Source of the DNA: Catajapyx aquilonaris
Taxonomy: Eukaryota
DNA length: 64,000 nucleotides
Assembly: GCA_000934665.2 (NCBI GenBank)
Contig: KZ538414.1
Location: 1 to 64,000 of the forward strand
Direction: 5' to 3'
A model generated the notes under the pieces. The model made no database searches. It had not been told where the DNA came from and saw only the letters and a program-made list of their open reading frames with translations. A program made the translations under genes and the position numbers. Shown here piece after piece: positions 23,817 through 38,308 of this stretch (its first letter is position 1; the number at the start of each line of letters is the position of its first letter).

Positions 23817-26454
23817 CAATATGGAGGATATCATGCACATGTAGGCCTTGATCTGAGCGACATCTAATCAGAAGCTAATCAAGCGTGCTGCACGCCCAGT
23901 GCCATCTTGCTCATCCCTGCACGCAACTTCAAATATCCATTGTCGTATCGTATGCATCCGCGGCAATACGCAATTAATTACGAGTCCACGCGCTGGTGAC
24001 CTCCATTGTTGGTCCTTGGTAGAACATATTTCCACAACCGGCTTAAAAATCAACCGAGAATTAGAGCGCAAATGCCGGATCACCTGCGAACATGTGCACC
24101 TCCTCGTGTAATGACCAGTGTTAGCAACAAAGGGCAAAGCAACAGGATGCTCTCTTTTGTTAGGAGGGAGGTGGGTGTAGGGGGTGGGGGGGGGGAAGAC
24201 ACAATAGGCTTATTATAAGCGGCCTGGGCAGGTTTTTGGTTAATTCTTTTGTTGCGGAAAAATCCACGCCGTGTCCCATCGCGAGCCTAATTGATAAAGT
24301 CATTCCCAGGCCACTTGCGGGTCATTTGGAAGAAGACTTCCTGCAATCAGATCTGCTCGGTCTGTAATTACAAACTGCCTTTTTCCCGCCTTTAGATAGT
24401 GTAATGGCCCACAATTAGAGGGATTTTCGTACAGTCTGCTGTTGTCGGAGACCACCTGGTTTCACACGTAGCCCCAACTATTCTGTATCGCATGATGATG
24501 ACTTCGGTAATGACCTTTACAGGTGTGATTCTGAATTATAAAGCCTCATAATAATCCATAATAATCACCGTCAATTTGGAATATTGGTGGAGTCGTAGAT
24601 GAGTATCAATTTTGAATCATAGAGTTGAATACAAACTATTGGGCTAATTGTGCAGCAACTGACGCCCATTTTTTGAAAAGAAATTAGCATCTTTTGTAAC
24701 GAATTATAATTGTTGCGAGTATACTGTTGGAAGGAACAATCACTTATAGGCCTACCTGGTAATGAAGGGACAAAATATGAAATCATAATAATATTTCAAT
24801 CTGCACTATTTTGAGTAACAATATTTCAAGCTACACTACATTCATGATATTCTTTATAGTCTGTTTTTGAGTAAAAAAATTCTACACACCTATTTAAATT
24901 AAATGTCAAACCATTTTCCTTAGAAAGGACTTACCGGCATCTAATTTTTGTACACCCATACCCTAACAAATATCAGTTTGAGAATTTATTTAACTTTAGT
25001 TTAGGCAGTTCCGGTAGTCATTATGGCTTTTAGACAATAGTTGTCTGTAAGTCACCAGCCGAAATTAAAGTAAAATAAAATCTCAAATAATTGGTTAAGT
25101 CCAGTTGGCCCTTTCTAAGTAAAATGGTTAAGTTAGGTTTTAATTATTAAAAACAGCTTATTCATACATTTCATAATTTATAGTAATGACGAACATTAAG
25201 CGCCATTATATTCGGTCATTTACAACATGGAAAATATTTTCGCATGTCATCTCCCCTACAATTCTTCTCACAAAACACCATCATTGTTAGCGCCAAATTG
25301 CTAATAATAATAATAAACCCTACCCATTTCTCAGTCGCATTCTCTTTGACATTCTCCGACCCAAAAATATTTCACAATTTGGTCCACCTCTTCACCTTCT
25401 TCATACCCCTTCTATTGTTGTCAAACCCCCCCACTCTTTTTCAATGGTTTCCAACGCCCGAGTGGCCACAAATCTCAACATTTTCCGCATGACATCCTTG
25501 TATTTACACCCTCGCATTTACCCCCCCTACCTGCGTGATGCGCGGTGACACTTTTAAACAACAGGACGCCAATTTTCGTCCCCCCAAAACTGTGGTCATC
25601 AATCTCAATCGGTGTCCACCTGTGCCCAATCACCAATAAAAGCATATCCTCCCTACATTTTTTTGCTCTAAGCACGAGTTTAGACTGTAAAAAAATTTAA
25701 AACTGTTTTTTCTCTCCCCTGCGCACGTCCACGACCTGACTGACCCCTGGCGGCTTGAAAGTGAAGCACGGAATCCATCTTGGATTGGCCAATTTGCGCC
25801 GCGCGACAAAGCAAGTTGGGCTCAATTATCCCCAAAGGGGGGCACATTCCAAAGATGGGGGGGCAAAAATATTTTTGCTTCAATAGCTTATGCTTTTTAT
25901 TTTGAGTGCCCCATTTTTGCGGTTTTTCGACCCCGTGCAGGGGTGCAAAAAGTGTATACAAGCGAGCGGCGCGGCGCGGTGGTGAAAATCAAAGGGTTCG
26001 CGGAAAAAGATGGTTGGAAGTAGATAAGAAGGTTGTTCTGATTTCCGGATGGGTAACGATGACGTGTTATCATGTGTTGAGGCTGAGGGTTTTTAGAAAA
26101 TCTTGACAGATTCGGGAGCGAAATTAGTAGGAGATAATCGCTACATTCATCGGAAGCAGCGTTGCAGATATGAAAACAGGTGGGTTTCGTGTAGAAAAGG
26201 TACACAGAAACGCTGGGTGGTCCTGTGGTACGGACTTGTCTATTCAAGTTTTATACTAAAAATTGGGATGTTAGAGGAAAATTTTTAAGGCAACATATTT
26301 AGCAATTTTAAGCGAATATTTAGTGAAATTTGCAAATATGTATGAATACGCCCAAATGTTGAGCAAAAATCGTCCACATTTGGGTAGAATCATCTATATT
26401 ATAATAAATAACAAATAGGTTATAATATAACTGAATAGAATACCACCCAATAAG

Positions 26455-26795
26455 ATAATTGAATAGAATAACACTGAATAAGATCATTGAATAGAATAAC
26501 ATACTGAAGATCACTGAATAGAATAACATACTGAAGATCACTGAATAGAATAACATACTGAAGATCACTGAATAGAATAACATACTGAAGATCACTGAAT
26601 AGAATAACATACTGAAGATCACTTAATAGAATAACATACTGAAGATCACTGAATAGAATAACATACTGAAGATCACTTAATAGAATAACATACTGAAGAT
26701 CACTGAATAGAATAACTGAAGACTACTGAATCAAAATAACTGAATAAGAACACTGCACAAAAATAACTAATAAGATCACCGAATCAAAATAGCTG
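26455..26795. repeat. 27-bp minisatellite (CACTGAATAGAATAACATACTGAAGAT)
   Basis: About 8 near-perfect copies with degenerate edges. Confidence 0.95.
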
Positions 26796-29047
26796 AAAAT
26801 GGGTATAAAACAGCTTAAAATATTTTACAATCATTATTATTATTATGGAAGATTGCAGTTATTTTGAGGAAAAGTCCAGAAATGATAGGTTATTAATTTC
26901 TGTGTGTATTTTAATATTCCATTCTAACCCTGTCAATATTGAGTTCAATTTTATTCAAATGCAAGTGATATTACAGTATTTATAACTCAAATAAAATCAT
27001 AAAAATAGTGTACAAATAGACAGGAAATTATCATTTCTTTTGTGCCGCACTTGCAGATAATATGGAACGTATACTTTCACTACTGTATAATTTGATCATT
27101 GCAGATCTAAAATGGGAACAACTAGTCCTTTCATATTTTCGCAACCGCTGGACCAATAAGTATAGATATGATGAGTTCGGGAGTCATATATTTCTGTCAT
27201 TAAACCTCACTGTATGACACTGCAAATGTATGGCGCCATATAAGCTGTCACGTTAAAAACATGTAACATACTGCTTTCGTGTCAATGATTATAAAAGGAC
27301 AATAAACAGCAGGAGGGAAAGGTGCATATACATTATAAGCTATCCCCATGGGCTGCATAAACTGGCCTTGGGTATATTATAGTGAGGTCAGGTCGATGAA
27401 TATGCCCACAAACCAGGGGCATTGTGGTTGTTTTTTTAGAACCGCATATTGTTGAATTGAATTTTGCAAACGTTACATGCCAAACAAATACTGTGAAAAG
27501 TTTAGTTTCTACAATTTGATATACATGAATTCCTATTTTCATGGAAATTATTCATTAGGGCTATACTCTACATTATTTATTCGCTTCGAATTGGTGCATA
27601 ATAATATGCATCAGTTTGAACCAAATAAAATTATGCGAATTATGCTTGAAAATTGGAAGTACATAGTAGCATTGTAGAAACTATACATTTTCAATAATAG
27701 TATTATTATTATTATTATTATTTTAAATGCACATAATACATACAAATATTCACCAATCTACATAATTTTATATAGGCCTACTGCAGGCTAATTTTTTTAT
27801 ACGTTACCCCGTGATAGGATCATAGGCCCTTATAGGGAGGTGGAATACCACCGCTGAAGGCTAATTTATAAACATATTAGGAATTGTGTGCATAAAATTA
27901 GTTACAACAGTGCATAATTTTACGACATACCCCATAAAGTGCATAATATTCTTATGCATTTTAAATTGTTAACATGCAATCACCGAGGGTATCATCAATT
28001 TCTGCTCCCAATATAAGCCCCCGCCCCACATATTACATCCCCAGAATGTCATTTCCATCTCGGGTTTCATTACCATATAATTACCGCGCCACATTAATCG
28101 GCAAGACACTCTTGATGGGGCCTTCCCCTTTATAAAAAAAAACCGGGCCTTACCCCAGGTCCCTAATAATCATAATCTCAAAGGTTGAGTGTTCAGATGG
28201 ACGTACAACGTGATTTATGGGCAAGCGGCGTTATTTTTCAGATGGTCGGGGGAGGGGTCGCTAGACAGCTGGTCAAATAGCCATCCCAGGTTTATAGCTA
28301 CTTCAGCCACCTTATGGGCAGCACAAGTATATCATGTCTATCGCCATGTTGTCGGTTCAGAAAAAATTTATAAAAAAAACGGAGCATTTTTTTGTGGGCT
28401 TCTCAAGATGGGTTCTTCGCATGACGGCTGTCCATCAGAAGCAACATGGCGGCCGAAGATAGGCCCCATTTTATTCTATGGCTAGCGGCGGTAATAAAAC
28501 CAAATTGCTGCTCTGTTCTGCTGCTTCGCTTACAAGGATTTGGCTCCTCCCAAGTGCAATTATTATTATTATTTTTTTTCAAGTTAGAAAGGCTACTGCT
28601 TTCTCCCAAGATGGGTTTTAGAATTGCTGCAAATGGTGGACTCATGTGGACATATCAAAAGCCACCCACGTCGACAACTTATGGGTGTGTCCACACCTGA
28701 TAATTACATCTGGTGATAGATAGGGGAGTAGTACATCCCCAAAAAATTGGACAGGTAACAAAAAATAATTATCTAACCTTTTTGGTTTTTGGAGTGGCAG
28801 CTGAGGATAGTGATAATTGAGGCCATGTTTTAGTAAGACTCTTAAAGGCCCACCGAGGGAGAGAAAAAAAGCAGCCATGTTTGCGTGGTACCTGCGAATC
28901 CTTCATGTGGCCAACGTGGGCACTTCACGAACTTTGAGCTAGGGGGAACTGGACCCCCGTAAATCAGGGTCTCGAAATGCTCACTTGTGAAGAAACAGAT
29001 AAGGCGTGACATTAGGGAGGCAAACACGCTCACTCATCTCCTTGGGT

Positions 29048-29399
29048 ACACGTGCGGGGGCATTCACTTCAAGGGGTCTTAAGGTCTGATCAAGATGGCT
29101 GAAGATCAAGATGGCCCATGAAAACATATCGTCTACATATATTGCTAGCTGAAGAAGCAAGTTTTTGTCCTAAAGAACTCATCTTAGGCTTAATTTTAGG
29201 CCTGAATCACTAAGCCTATATGATCATACGTGGGGGGGCATTCACTTCAAGGGGTCTTAAGGTCTGATCAAGATGGCCGAAGATCAAGATGGCTCATGAA
29301 AACATATCGTCTACGTATATTACTAGCCAAAGAAGCAAGTTTTTGTCCTAAAGAACTAATCTTAGGCTTAATTCTAGGCCTGAATCACTAGGCCTATAT
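29048..29399. repeat. ~178-bp tandem duplication
   Basis: 29048-29221 closely matches 29227-29399. Confidence 0.9.
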
Positions 29400-31585
29400 G
29401 CTGAAGCGAGTACACGACAACACCTTTTCAATTACCAGCGGCCCTTTTGATCATAGCCATCCCAATGACGGAAAAACATCTGACTCACAAAACTCCGTGT
29501 CAAATCCATCCGTGACGGTTACATTCCAACCCGATTCAGTCCAGCAAAAAAAAACACAACAAGCTATACCATTTCCAGCTGAATGCACACAATCATCGTG
29601 TCCCCCCCTGTTAGACCCCCGTGCAAATGGATACGATTGGCAGCCTGCTCAGATGGATATAAAAATGGCGCGAAATGGCCACGTGTTGACATCCAACGGT
29701 CGTCTCCTGTGTTGGCCATCTTGTTTTTCCCATCTGCGCAGCATGCACGGTGATTTGGAACCAGAAGGGGTTGCCTGCTGGTAATGCCTATCACCTACGA
29801 GAATCCCATGACGAATCACGGCTCTTTTGTTGAAAGAAATAATGAACGGTTCGCTCGATCCATGGGAAATAACACGGTGCATGGGGTACCCAAAATTAAG
29901 GGATAGAAAAATTCCAACTCAATCTGACTTGCCATTTGATCATTGGTGCTGCACCTGGGAGCCGATAGTTATTTATGAGTCTAATGATAGGGCTTAGTTG
30001 GCCTACTTGATTCAGGGATACATGGTCTGATGAGACTATGGCATGTGCCGGTTGAAACTAGGATACATATCACTTGTCTGGCCGCCCATGATGCTTTGTA
30101 ATTGATTACGTGGCATGTAAGTAACTTAAACACCAAGTAACGCCCGAAGAACCGACCTGTTTTGCTGGAATACTCTGTCATCTTATATGGTGTGTTGTAC
30201 AATATATATTACATCAATTTGTAGCATGTAATTATCGGTGTAAACTTCAGGGCATGTGGTGCAATCAAAAGGCACAGTGTGAAACCGGCTGGACATTATT
30301 AGTGACTACAGCATGCGGTATTATAATTATCCAATAATTATTCAAGCAGCAAATGTATGACCAAGCATATACCCACATTTCTTGTAATTGAAAAAATTTA
30401 ATAGCCGCATTCAAACCTTAAATTGTGAGTTCATAAAGCAGTCATAAAGTATGAGTGTAACAACAATAAGGAACACAACAAGTGAAAGTTTCGCATACTA
30501 TAAAAACTACTGCCACTAACTATCCTCTGCTAACAAGACATATAGGAATAAATATTATTGTAACGATACAATAGGCAAATGCTCATTGCTACGCACTTGC
30601 ATGCTTTAACGTGCAATTCGACCTTTTCTTAGGCCATTTTCAGAAATGACTTTTAGAAATCGTTGCCGCAAATATTTGGTTCCTTTGTCAGAAAAATATT
30701 ATGTGGCCATCATATTTGAGAGAGTCAAAATTTGCCTTCTCAAAATTGGCATTAGCTACTAAGGCTATCTGGTGTGTCGTCTTGTTAAATTCTTGTCTTT
30801 GTTACTGTAGCCACATAGGGAAAATGGTCATATTGGAAATCCAAAATGTAAGTCATTGTTGTTCCTGTAACATACGGTACCGCACATAATTTCGTCGTAT
30901 GTTGCTCCGGTTGTTCTTTGACGCCATATTTATTAAAATTACTAAATTCGCAGTACGACAAAAGGTGCTCCATTACATGTCAGTAATGGCTCAAGCATAT
31001 ACCATTAGGCCTAACTCTGTGGGTCTCGGTACTATATATTTCTCCTGAAGAACTCGTTCGTGCTGCCCATTGCTGAATTTGTCCTGAGTGTTGTCATGAT
31101 TGCCTAGAATAACTCCATTCCTTTTATCATTTTTTCAATCGACAACTTGTCGTGTTTTGCTACATTATGCACGAATTACTAGTGCTTCTTTTGTACTTTG
31201 TCGCGTAACGCAGCAGTAAAAATAAATACGTCATAAATCCAATGCCTTTCAACAGTCCCGTGTCACGAATACCGAACATCATTATACGCATTTCCCCTCA
31301 GAAAGAATTGAAGAAACATGCGCGTGTTCAATGGGAGTGGTCTATGTAGCGTACCTATAGCCCCTCCTTATAGCATTGTACTAAGAAAATATATGGTAGG
31401 AAATAGGGTGTGGATTGGATCGTATAAGATATGTGATGGCGAACAATTGTACGAAATAACGGCTATTTAGAACCGGAACGTTAATATTTGATAAATCGTG
31501 CTTAGTATTTAAATTAAATTAAAATATGTGCAGTAAATATTTGTGAATATTCTGACACATGTTCAGAGCAGCGTTCCCATCAAAC

Positions 31586-31735
31586 GACAACGGCTCGCAA
31601 CAGCTCGCAACGTCTGGCGACGGCTGGCGACGGCTCGCGACGGCTCGCGACGGCTCGCAACGGCTCGCAACGGCTCGCAACGGCTCGCAACGGCTCGCGA
31701 CGGCTCGCGACGGCTCCCAACGGCTCGCAACGGCC
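31586..31735. repeat. 10-bp tandem repeat (ACGGCTCGCR)
   Basis: About 14 copies. It explains the repetitive ORFs in the track. Confidence 0.95.
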
Positions 31736-33020
31736 AAAAGGAATAGCTCGGTTATAAATTCGACTCTTTTGTCCCAAAAACCTAGCATATTTTTACGACT
31801 TATTTCCTGCTTACAACCACCCAGTTTATACCTCTTTAGAAAACTTATTTCCACATTCAGGATGTCGGTTGAGCTTATTACACCTCCGCACCTGCCCACA
31901 ACAATATTTTTCTCCGCCATGTTTTGGGTTGAAAATCGTGATTTTTTGCTTCTCCCCCTCCCCCTATCCCCCCCCCACCCCACCACGCTCTGTTACCATG
32001 TGAAGCAAACCTTGACCCCCTTGGTATATAATCCAAAATGGCGAAACTTTTTTTTTTCCATGCCTCGTTCCAACCTCCTAATTTGTGTTTCCATTCCATA
32101 ATTTGCGCCTATATACCAGAGACCCACCTTTTATACTGGGGAAGGACAACAAAGGCGGCACCCCAAAGCCCAACAATTATCTTCTGGACATGCACAAAAT
32201 AACCTATTTCGAACATACTCTCACCTAAACCCTGCACTTAGGATTATTTTGACTCCAGGTGAAATTAGTGATAAAAAAAAATAAGGGGGGGCCTGGTAGT
32301 AGCATCCTCCTGTGGGTGGAATTAATTTCAAGGTGGATATCTCCTCCCATTTTTCTTTCCAAAAAAAAATAAGTTTCAAAAAAAAAAAAAAATCTGATTG
32401 TTAACTCTGACTCCTCCTCCTTTGTTATGAACCTGATGTTTACGAGCCACCCACACATGAACAAAAACCGCTCGATACACATCATGCAACCCGTACATGT
32501 ATGTATGGAGGCAGATTTTCACTGGGGTGGTGGATACCCACCCATACCTGCCCCTGGTACCCTCCCCCATCCGCCCCTTGGGGAATACCCGCTTATTTGG
32601 GAGGGAGGAAGGTGGGGGCCATTATTCTAGAAGGAGGGTGCGATTTTTTTTTTTTGGTTTTTGGAAGAAAAAAAATTGGGTTTGCGTGTTTTCTGCAATT
32701 TGGATGTATTTCCATTTCCATTCGGGGAGGCCTAGTGCGATGTTGTTGGAGGATTGGTCAACAAGATGAAATTTTAATGGGGGATTGTCGCGTCGATAGT
32801 ATCGCGAACGGGGTTGCCGTGAGAGACTAATTAAATTGGGGTAGGGGGGGGGGGGAATGAGACGATTTTTGGGAATATTCGGATAGTTAACATGTCAGTT
32901 AGAACCATATGGAAATCATATCTTATATAAAGCAGTAGGTTTCTCTGTTTGTGTGTTTCAGCTACCTAACCCACTTCCACATAGCTGAGAAACCTGAAAC
33001 GTGACACACAGATGTCGTAT

Positions 33021-33266
33021 TTTTTAAAATACATTTATTATACCCCGTGCTAGAGCCTTTGGTTCCCTTAGGGAGGTGGATTACCACCATTGGATAGGAC
33101 CAGGGATAGGGAAGGAAGCGGCTGTGGCCTATTTTTACGGAAACGACCCCGGAATTGTCCTGGGGGGAGCCATGGAAAACCACAGAAAACTGGCCGAGAT
33201 TCGAATCCCAGGCCCTCCCGATTATCAGGTGGGCTCCTTATCCCCTACACCAACCTGCTATACGGT
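33021..33266 (-). mobile_element. SINE family A copy (tail B)
   Basis: Family match. Degenerate 14-bp TSD CACAGATGTCGTAT / CACAGCTGTCTTAT. Confidence 0.9.
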
Positions 33267-33724
33267 CACAGCTGTCTTATACGTGCTGCTGATTGAGTAA
33301 AAAGTCCGAATACCGCACTTTTTAAAGTCTAAGTTCCCAAAATTTTGGATTTTTAAAATACAAAGTTTGCTATTCATATGCGTTAATTTTACTCCCACCA
33401 CAGATGGCGCTCCCTCTCATTCCACTGCTAGTGGGTGATAAATACTGTGGTATTGATAATAACGATACACCATGCAAAATTCAGAAGCAATTTTTAAATT
33501 AAATTAATGCCTCTTAAGGCAATAATGCCAATAAATAAATAACTGATACTGGTGTATATGAATTTTATTTTAGTTACACCTGCTAGGTTGGGGGTCATGT
33601 AATTTTTACACAATTATAGTTAAAATATTTATACCTTGAAGGATATGGTTAGTTTATATTATCACCGTTACCCTTTCACTTGGTGTGCATGAGTTTGGTA
33701 TATTGTGACAATAACATTTTGCTT

Positions 33725-34330
33725 ACAATGCATTTTCAATCTGGCACGACTGTTGCTCCAAACAGGAACTTAACAAAGACCATATCTCCGTGAGAATTGC
33801 GCGTAAATTTTTCAATTATTGCTTGAATTATACTTGCTACGTGCTTCCAATGTACTGTTTTAAAATATCACCTCGAAAAATATCATATCAAGAGTATTTA
33901 TTTGCATCTGAACTTATACTTTGATTTGATTAAAATTCATACTTTAAAAAGTCATATTCACTATCCATATTGAACTTCAAAAAAAACTGACAACAATCCA
34001 TCTATATGGTGGACCATGTAACGTTATGTTCCAGAATTTCCCGAGCAACAAGTGTGATGTAACATGTGGTAGTCTTCCCACCAGAAGATAAATATGGAAG
34101 CAGTCCGAAATTTTTCTCTCGATTCTTGTGTCGACAATATAAACGATACTATCGTGTGTGTGCATCATGGCCATATCGCACGTTTATACGGCAGATATTT
34201 TGCCACTTTTACTCACAATTTTAGCCAGGTGGGCGCCATACTGATTTTCCCCAACGATTGAGTTTTCCCTCAGGATCGGAATTTACTCCTCAATTTTCTC
34301 CATTCAGCCACCCAAGTTGGTGTATGTGAA
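33725..34330 (-). pseudogene. Heavily decayed Tc1/mariner-like transposase
   Basis: Frameshifted fragments appear in canonical order on the minus strand: WVAEWRK..SKF, GKSVWRPPG, DSIVYI, FIF..CYITLVAREILEHNVTW/PPY, FF, NLRAILTEIWS. No TIRs were identified. Confidence 0.5.
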
Positions 34331-34904
34331 GAAAAAAATAATAATATCTACTTTTACGCCATTTTTTTATTGTTTCTGTACCTATCTGTAGATGCAATCA
34401 CACCTATTCGGAAGAACATGGCAACCTCTTGAATTAATAAACATTGCAGTTGTCAAAACAAAACAATTCCGCATATACCTTCTAAGAAACACCCAAATAT
34501 GACGCACCCTGTTCCATAGTCTTTGTTCCAAAAAAAAAAATATCGCTCACAGATTTTCTGAAGGAAAGGCTAATATTGGTTCTCTCAAATTCCCCAGCCA
34601 TTGTTGGAATCCCATTTCCAAACGGAACTGGAGCTGACTTTTCCATTGTACAGCCGGTATTGAATGACATAACATTTCCATTTGGGTCCTCAAAAGTTGA
34701 AATTTTAATTTATACTTCGGATCACGTCTGCTGAATGCGCCGAAAAGGGAGAGTTGAGACCCGGTGTACTCAGAAAATCCAATGAACCCGATAATGTCAA
34801 TGTTGATTATCGGAATCTGTACTTTGCCCTTCGAATACAGGGTGAGTCCTAAAATGTGAGTTTTAACAATAAATACATAATTTTCAGCATATGGATCGTG
34901 CTCT

Positions 34905-35490
34905 GACATGTTCATTCCTGCCCGGACACGCGAATTCTTACTCGGACAGGTTCATTCTTGCCTGGACACTACCTGGGCACGGTCATTCCTGCCTGGGCAC
35001 GGTCATTCCTGCCCGGACACTGTCATTCCTGCCCGGACATGTTCATTCTTACTCGGACACGTGCATTCCTGCTTGGACACGCTCATTCCCGCCCGGACAC
35101 GCTCATTCTTACTCGGATGCGTTCATCCCTGCCTGGACACGGTCATTCCTGCCCGGACATGTTCATTCTTACTCGGGCACGTTCATTCCCGCCCGAACAC
35201 GCTCATTCTTACTCGGACATGTTCATTCCTGCCTGGGCACGGTCATTCCTGCGCGGACACGCTTATTCTTACTCGGACATGTTCATTCTTACTCGGACAA
35301 GTTCATTCCTGCCAGGACACGGTCATTCCTGCCCGGACATGTTCATTCTTACTCGGACACGTTCATTCCTGCCCGGACATGTTCATTCTTACTCGGACAA
35401 GTTCATTCCCGCCCGAACACGCTCATTCTTACTCGGACACGTTCATTCCTGCTTGGACATGATCATTCCTGCCCATACACGTTCATTCAT
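34905..35490. repeat. 20-bp minisatellite (GTTCATTCCTGCCCGGACAC)
   Basis: About 29 copies with alternating variants. All three + frames are open because the unit has no stop codons. Confidence 0.95.
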
Positions 35491-36502
35491 GCACCTACTG
35501 TGCTGCCACCCTTCGTCAGACCACCACCACGCGTGTCTGGATGACTTTGACTTCCCTCTTTGAAAAACCCATTGGACAGACAATACCTTGCCAGTCATCA
35601 AAACTCAAGACCACCCTGCAAGACCATCAGTTCCAAAGAAAACCCTGACGAAGATTATTATAACCCAATAGAAAACAGGGCAAGAATAGAAAAAAAGGAC
35701 GCCATATGCATCCCCATTTCGAAAAGAAAAAAAAAATCACAAAGGCAAAAGAAAATTATTCCCGAGAATTCAAATCTGATGCGAACAATAGCCAAAAAGT
35801 GTTGTGGGACTGGCATGACTGGTGACTATTTCTATCCCCTGCCTACCCCTATCCCTCCCTTCGACAAAAAAAAATATCCTCTCATTCAAATGAGAAGTCT
35901 GTTATGAATGCGAAATCCAATAGGCGGACAGGAACGCATTCCCCATGATGTATAACGCCATTTTCGGTCAATGTTGCATGAAATTTCCAACTCTGGCCCT
36001 GATAATGGTGGAAAGGCCATGGTGCTTGTTGGATGGCAGAGAAGAGAATCATTGGGTGGGGAGATTGGCCATTTTGTCATCGCCCGCATTCAGCATGAAG
36101 CCATTTGTTAAAAAAAAGATGCTCCTATAACAGAAGGGGTCCTCATTGAATTACGCGCGTGGCTGCTCACCGTCAAGAGGGTGTATCCCCATCTCTCATC
36201 CGTTTTTGGAACCTTTTTTTGTGTCCTTAAAAAAAAAAACTCTAGATCTTTACATATGTGATGGATCTCCATTTCGATACACTAGCAAAAAATTGGGGGT
36301 AACTATCTAAGGTTCCCAAAAAATATATATAGAGCTTCTGGGATACGCACTCAAAAATTGGAAGGATGGGGGTCCTCATAAGCAGATGAGCCCTAAACAC
36401 GGCAAAGGCCGATCAGCCTTGTTCACAAATGAGGACGCATCTTTCACACCTCACGGGTTATTACAGGGGGGTTATAAAGAAGGGCTCATCATGCTTCCGA
36501 GT

Positions 36503-37378
36503 CTGATTTTGGACAATAAAGGCTGTCATAAATTTTCAAAAAAAAAAAAAGTTTTGGGCAAATGCAAAACTAATTATCATCTTTATACACCCTTGTATCT
36601 TTGTACGTTCATTCCTGCCCGGACAAGTTCAGTCATGCCCGGACACGCTCAGTCCTGCCCGGACACGCTCAGTCCTGCCCGGACACGCTCAGTCCTGCCC
36701 GGACACGCTCAGCCCTGCCCGAACACGGTCAGTCCTGCCCGGACACGTCCAGGAAGGACTGGACGTGTCCGGGCAGGACTGAGCGTGACGTTCATTTCTT
36801 CTCGTATAGGCTACTGGTTGTACACCGCACAGGCTACAATTTTAAACACCAGATAATTATGATCAGCATGATCAACTGACAGTTTGGACTGATTTTGTAC
36901 AATAAAGGCTGTCATAAATTGTTTGAAAAAGTTTTGGACAAATGTCAAACGAATAATTATCATCGTATGCTACGTTCAGTCCTGCTCCGCCACGTTCAGT
37001 CCTGCCAGGTCACGTTTAGTCCTACCCGGACACGTTCAGTCCTTCCTGGACACGTTCATTTCTGCTGGTATACTTGTTGAGTGGTTATACACCGCACAGG
37101 TTCCAATTTTGAACACCAGATATGATCAGCATGATCAACTGACATTTTGGACTGATTTTGGACAATAAAGGCTGTCAAAAACTTTTTGAAAAAGTTTTGG
37201 ACAAATGTAAAACGAATAATTATCATCGTATACTACGTTCAGCCATGTCCGGACACGTTCAGTCCTTCCCGGAGACGTTCAGCCCTTCCCGGTCACGTTC
37301 AGTCCTGCTCGTATACTGGTCGTACCGCATAGGTGACAATTTTGAATATCAGATATGATCGGCATGATCAACTTACAT
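36503..37378. repeat. Higher-order repeat: 3 units (starts ~36503, 36889, 37152), each containing the 20-bp GCCCGGACAC minisatellite
   Basis: Each unit runs CTGATTTTG(G/T)ACAATAAAGGCTGTCA...ATAATTATCATC..[20-mers]..ACCGCA..GATCAGCATGATCAACT. Confidence 0.85.
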
Positions 37379-38308
37379 TACAGTTTAATAATTCAAAACC
37401 ACTCAACACCGAACTTTTTGGTCGCCATTGACATGCATACAGATAACACACGGTGTTCGAATTCATACATGTTTTCGAGATTGATTGTCTACCGTGACTC
37501 AGATGTTCATAAAATATGAGTCAACAATGTGTCTTTTTTTCACATGAATAATGGGGATTGGCCAATGATGAAGCAAAAACTAGCAAAAATGCCAATACAG
37601 CTATTGCCCTCGGTTCAGGGCAAACCAAAAGCCTGTTCAGTTCTCACGCTCAGGTTTGAAAAGTGTTCCCGCACGTCATCCTGGAAAACGAAAAGACCTG
37701 GCGATACGGGATCTGTCCCGAACTGGACATGACTAGGTGGGCAATGACCCTCAGGTGGTTTTGGCTATTAGTTCACACTCTATTGACAAGGCAACTAATT
37801 AAAACGAACCCAGGACTTCAAATATTCCAAACTAAAAAATTACTCCTCTTCAGACGAAATGTCAGGGGGGGGGGGGTACACCCCAAAGAAGGTGTGACCG
37901 GCCGGAGTATCGGTGGTTATTTTTTGAGGCCATAGGGGGTGCCTCCTTTTTCGAGGAGAATAACAATCTAGGAAATTGTCACGCAAACACTGCCATTGAC
38001 ACCACCTTATATAGGCTGAACTTTTGACTAAAATGAAATATTGAAATTCTGTCAGATTTTTAATCGTAATTCAAAAAAAATGCGGAATAAAAACTTGCAC
38101 TGAAAGTACGACCAAAATAGCCGTTATTTTTATACGTTATTTTGCCAATTTTGCCAAGTTTTGCAAATAAAGGCTTGTCTAACATATTATAACATATTAT
38201 GCGGCATAAAATCCGGTTTTACCACAGATTTCCCAACAATGATTGTCCTCAACACTAAATGCACTACTTAAATAGCGCTTAACCATAACGTTGCTTCATT
38301 TTGCTACT

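Noticed and set aside
23452..26795. 34-bp and 27-bp arrays as CRISPR
   Set aside because: They are contiguous repeats with no unique spacers, there are no cas genes, and the context is eukaryotic.
34891..35563. Long repetitive ORFs of 184-217 aa (similar ones at 16955-17389, 22359-23057, 31519-32101)
   Set aside because: They are stop-free translations of minisatellites or SINEs, often open in several frames, with no domain resemblance.
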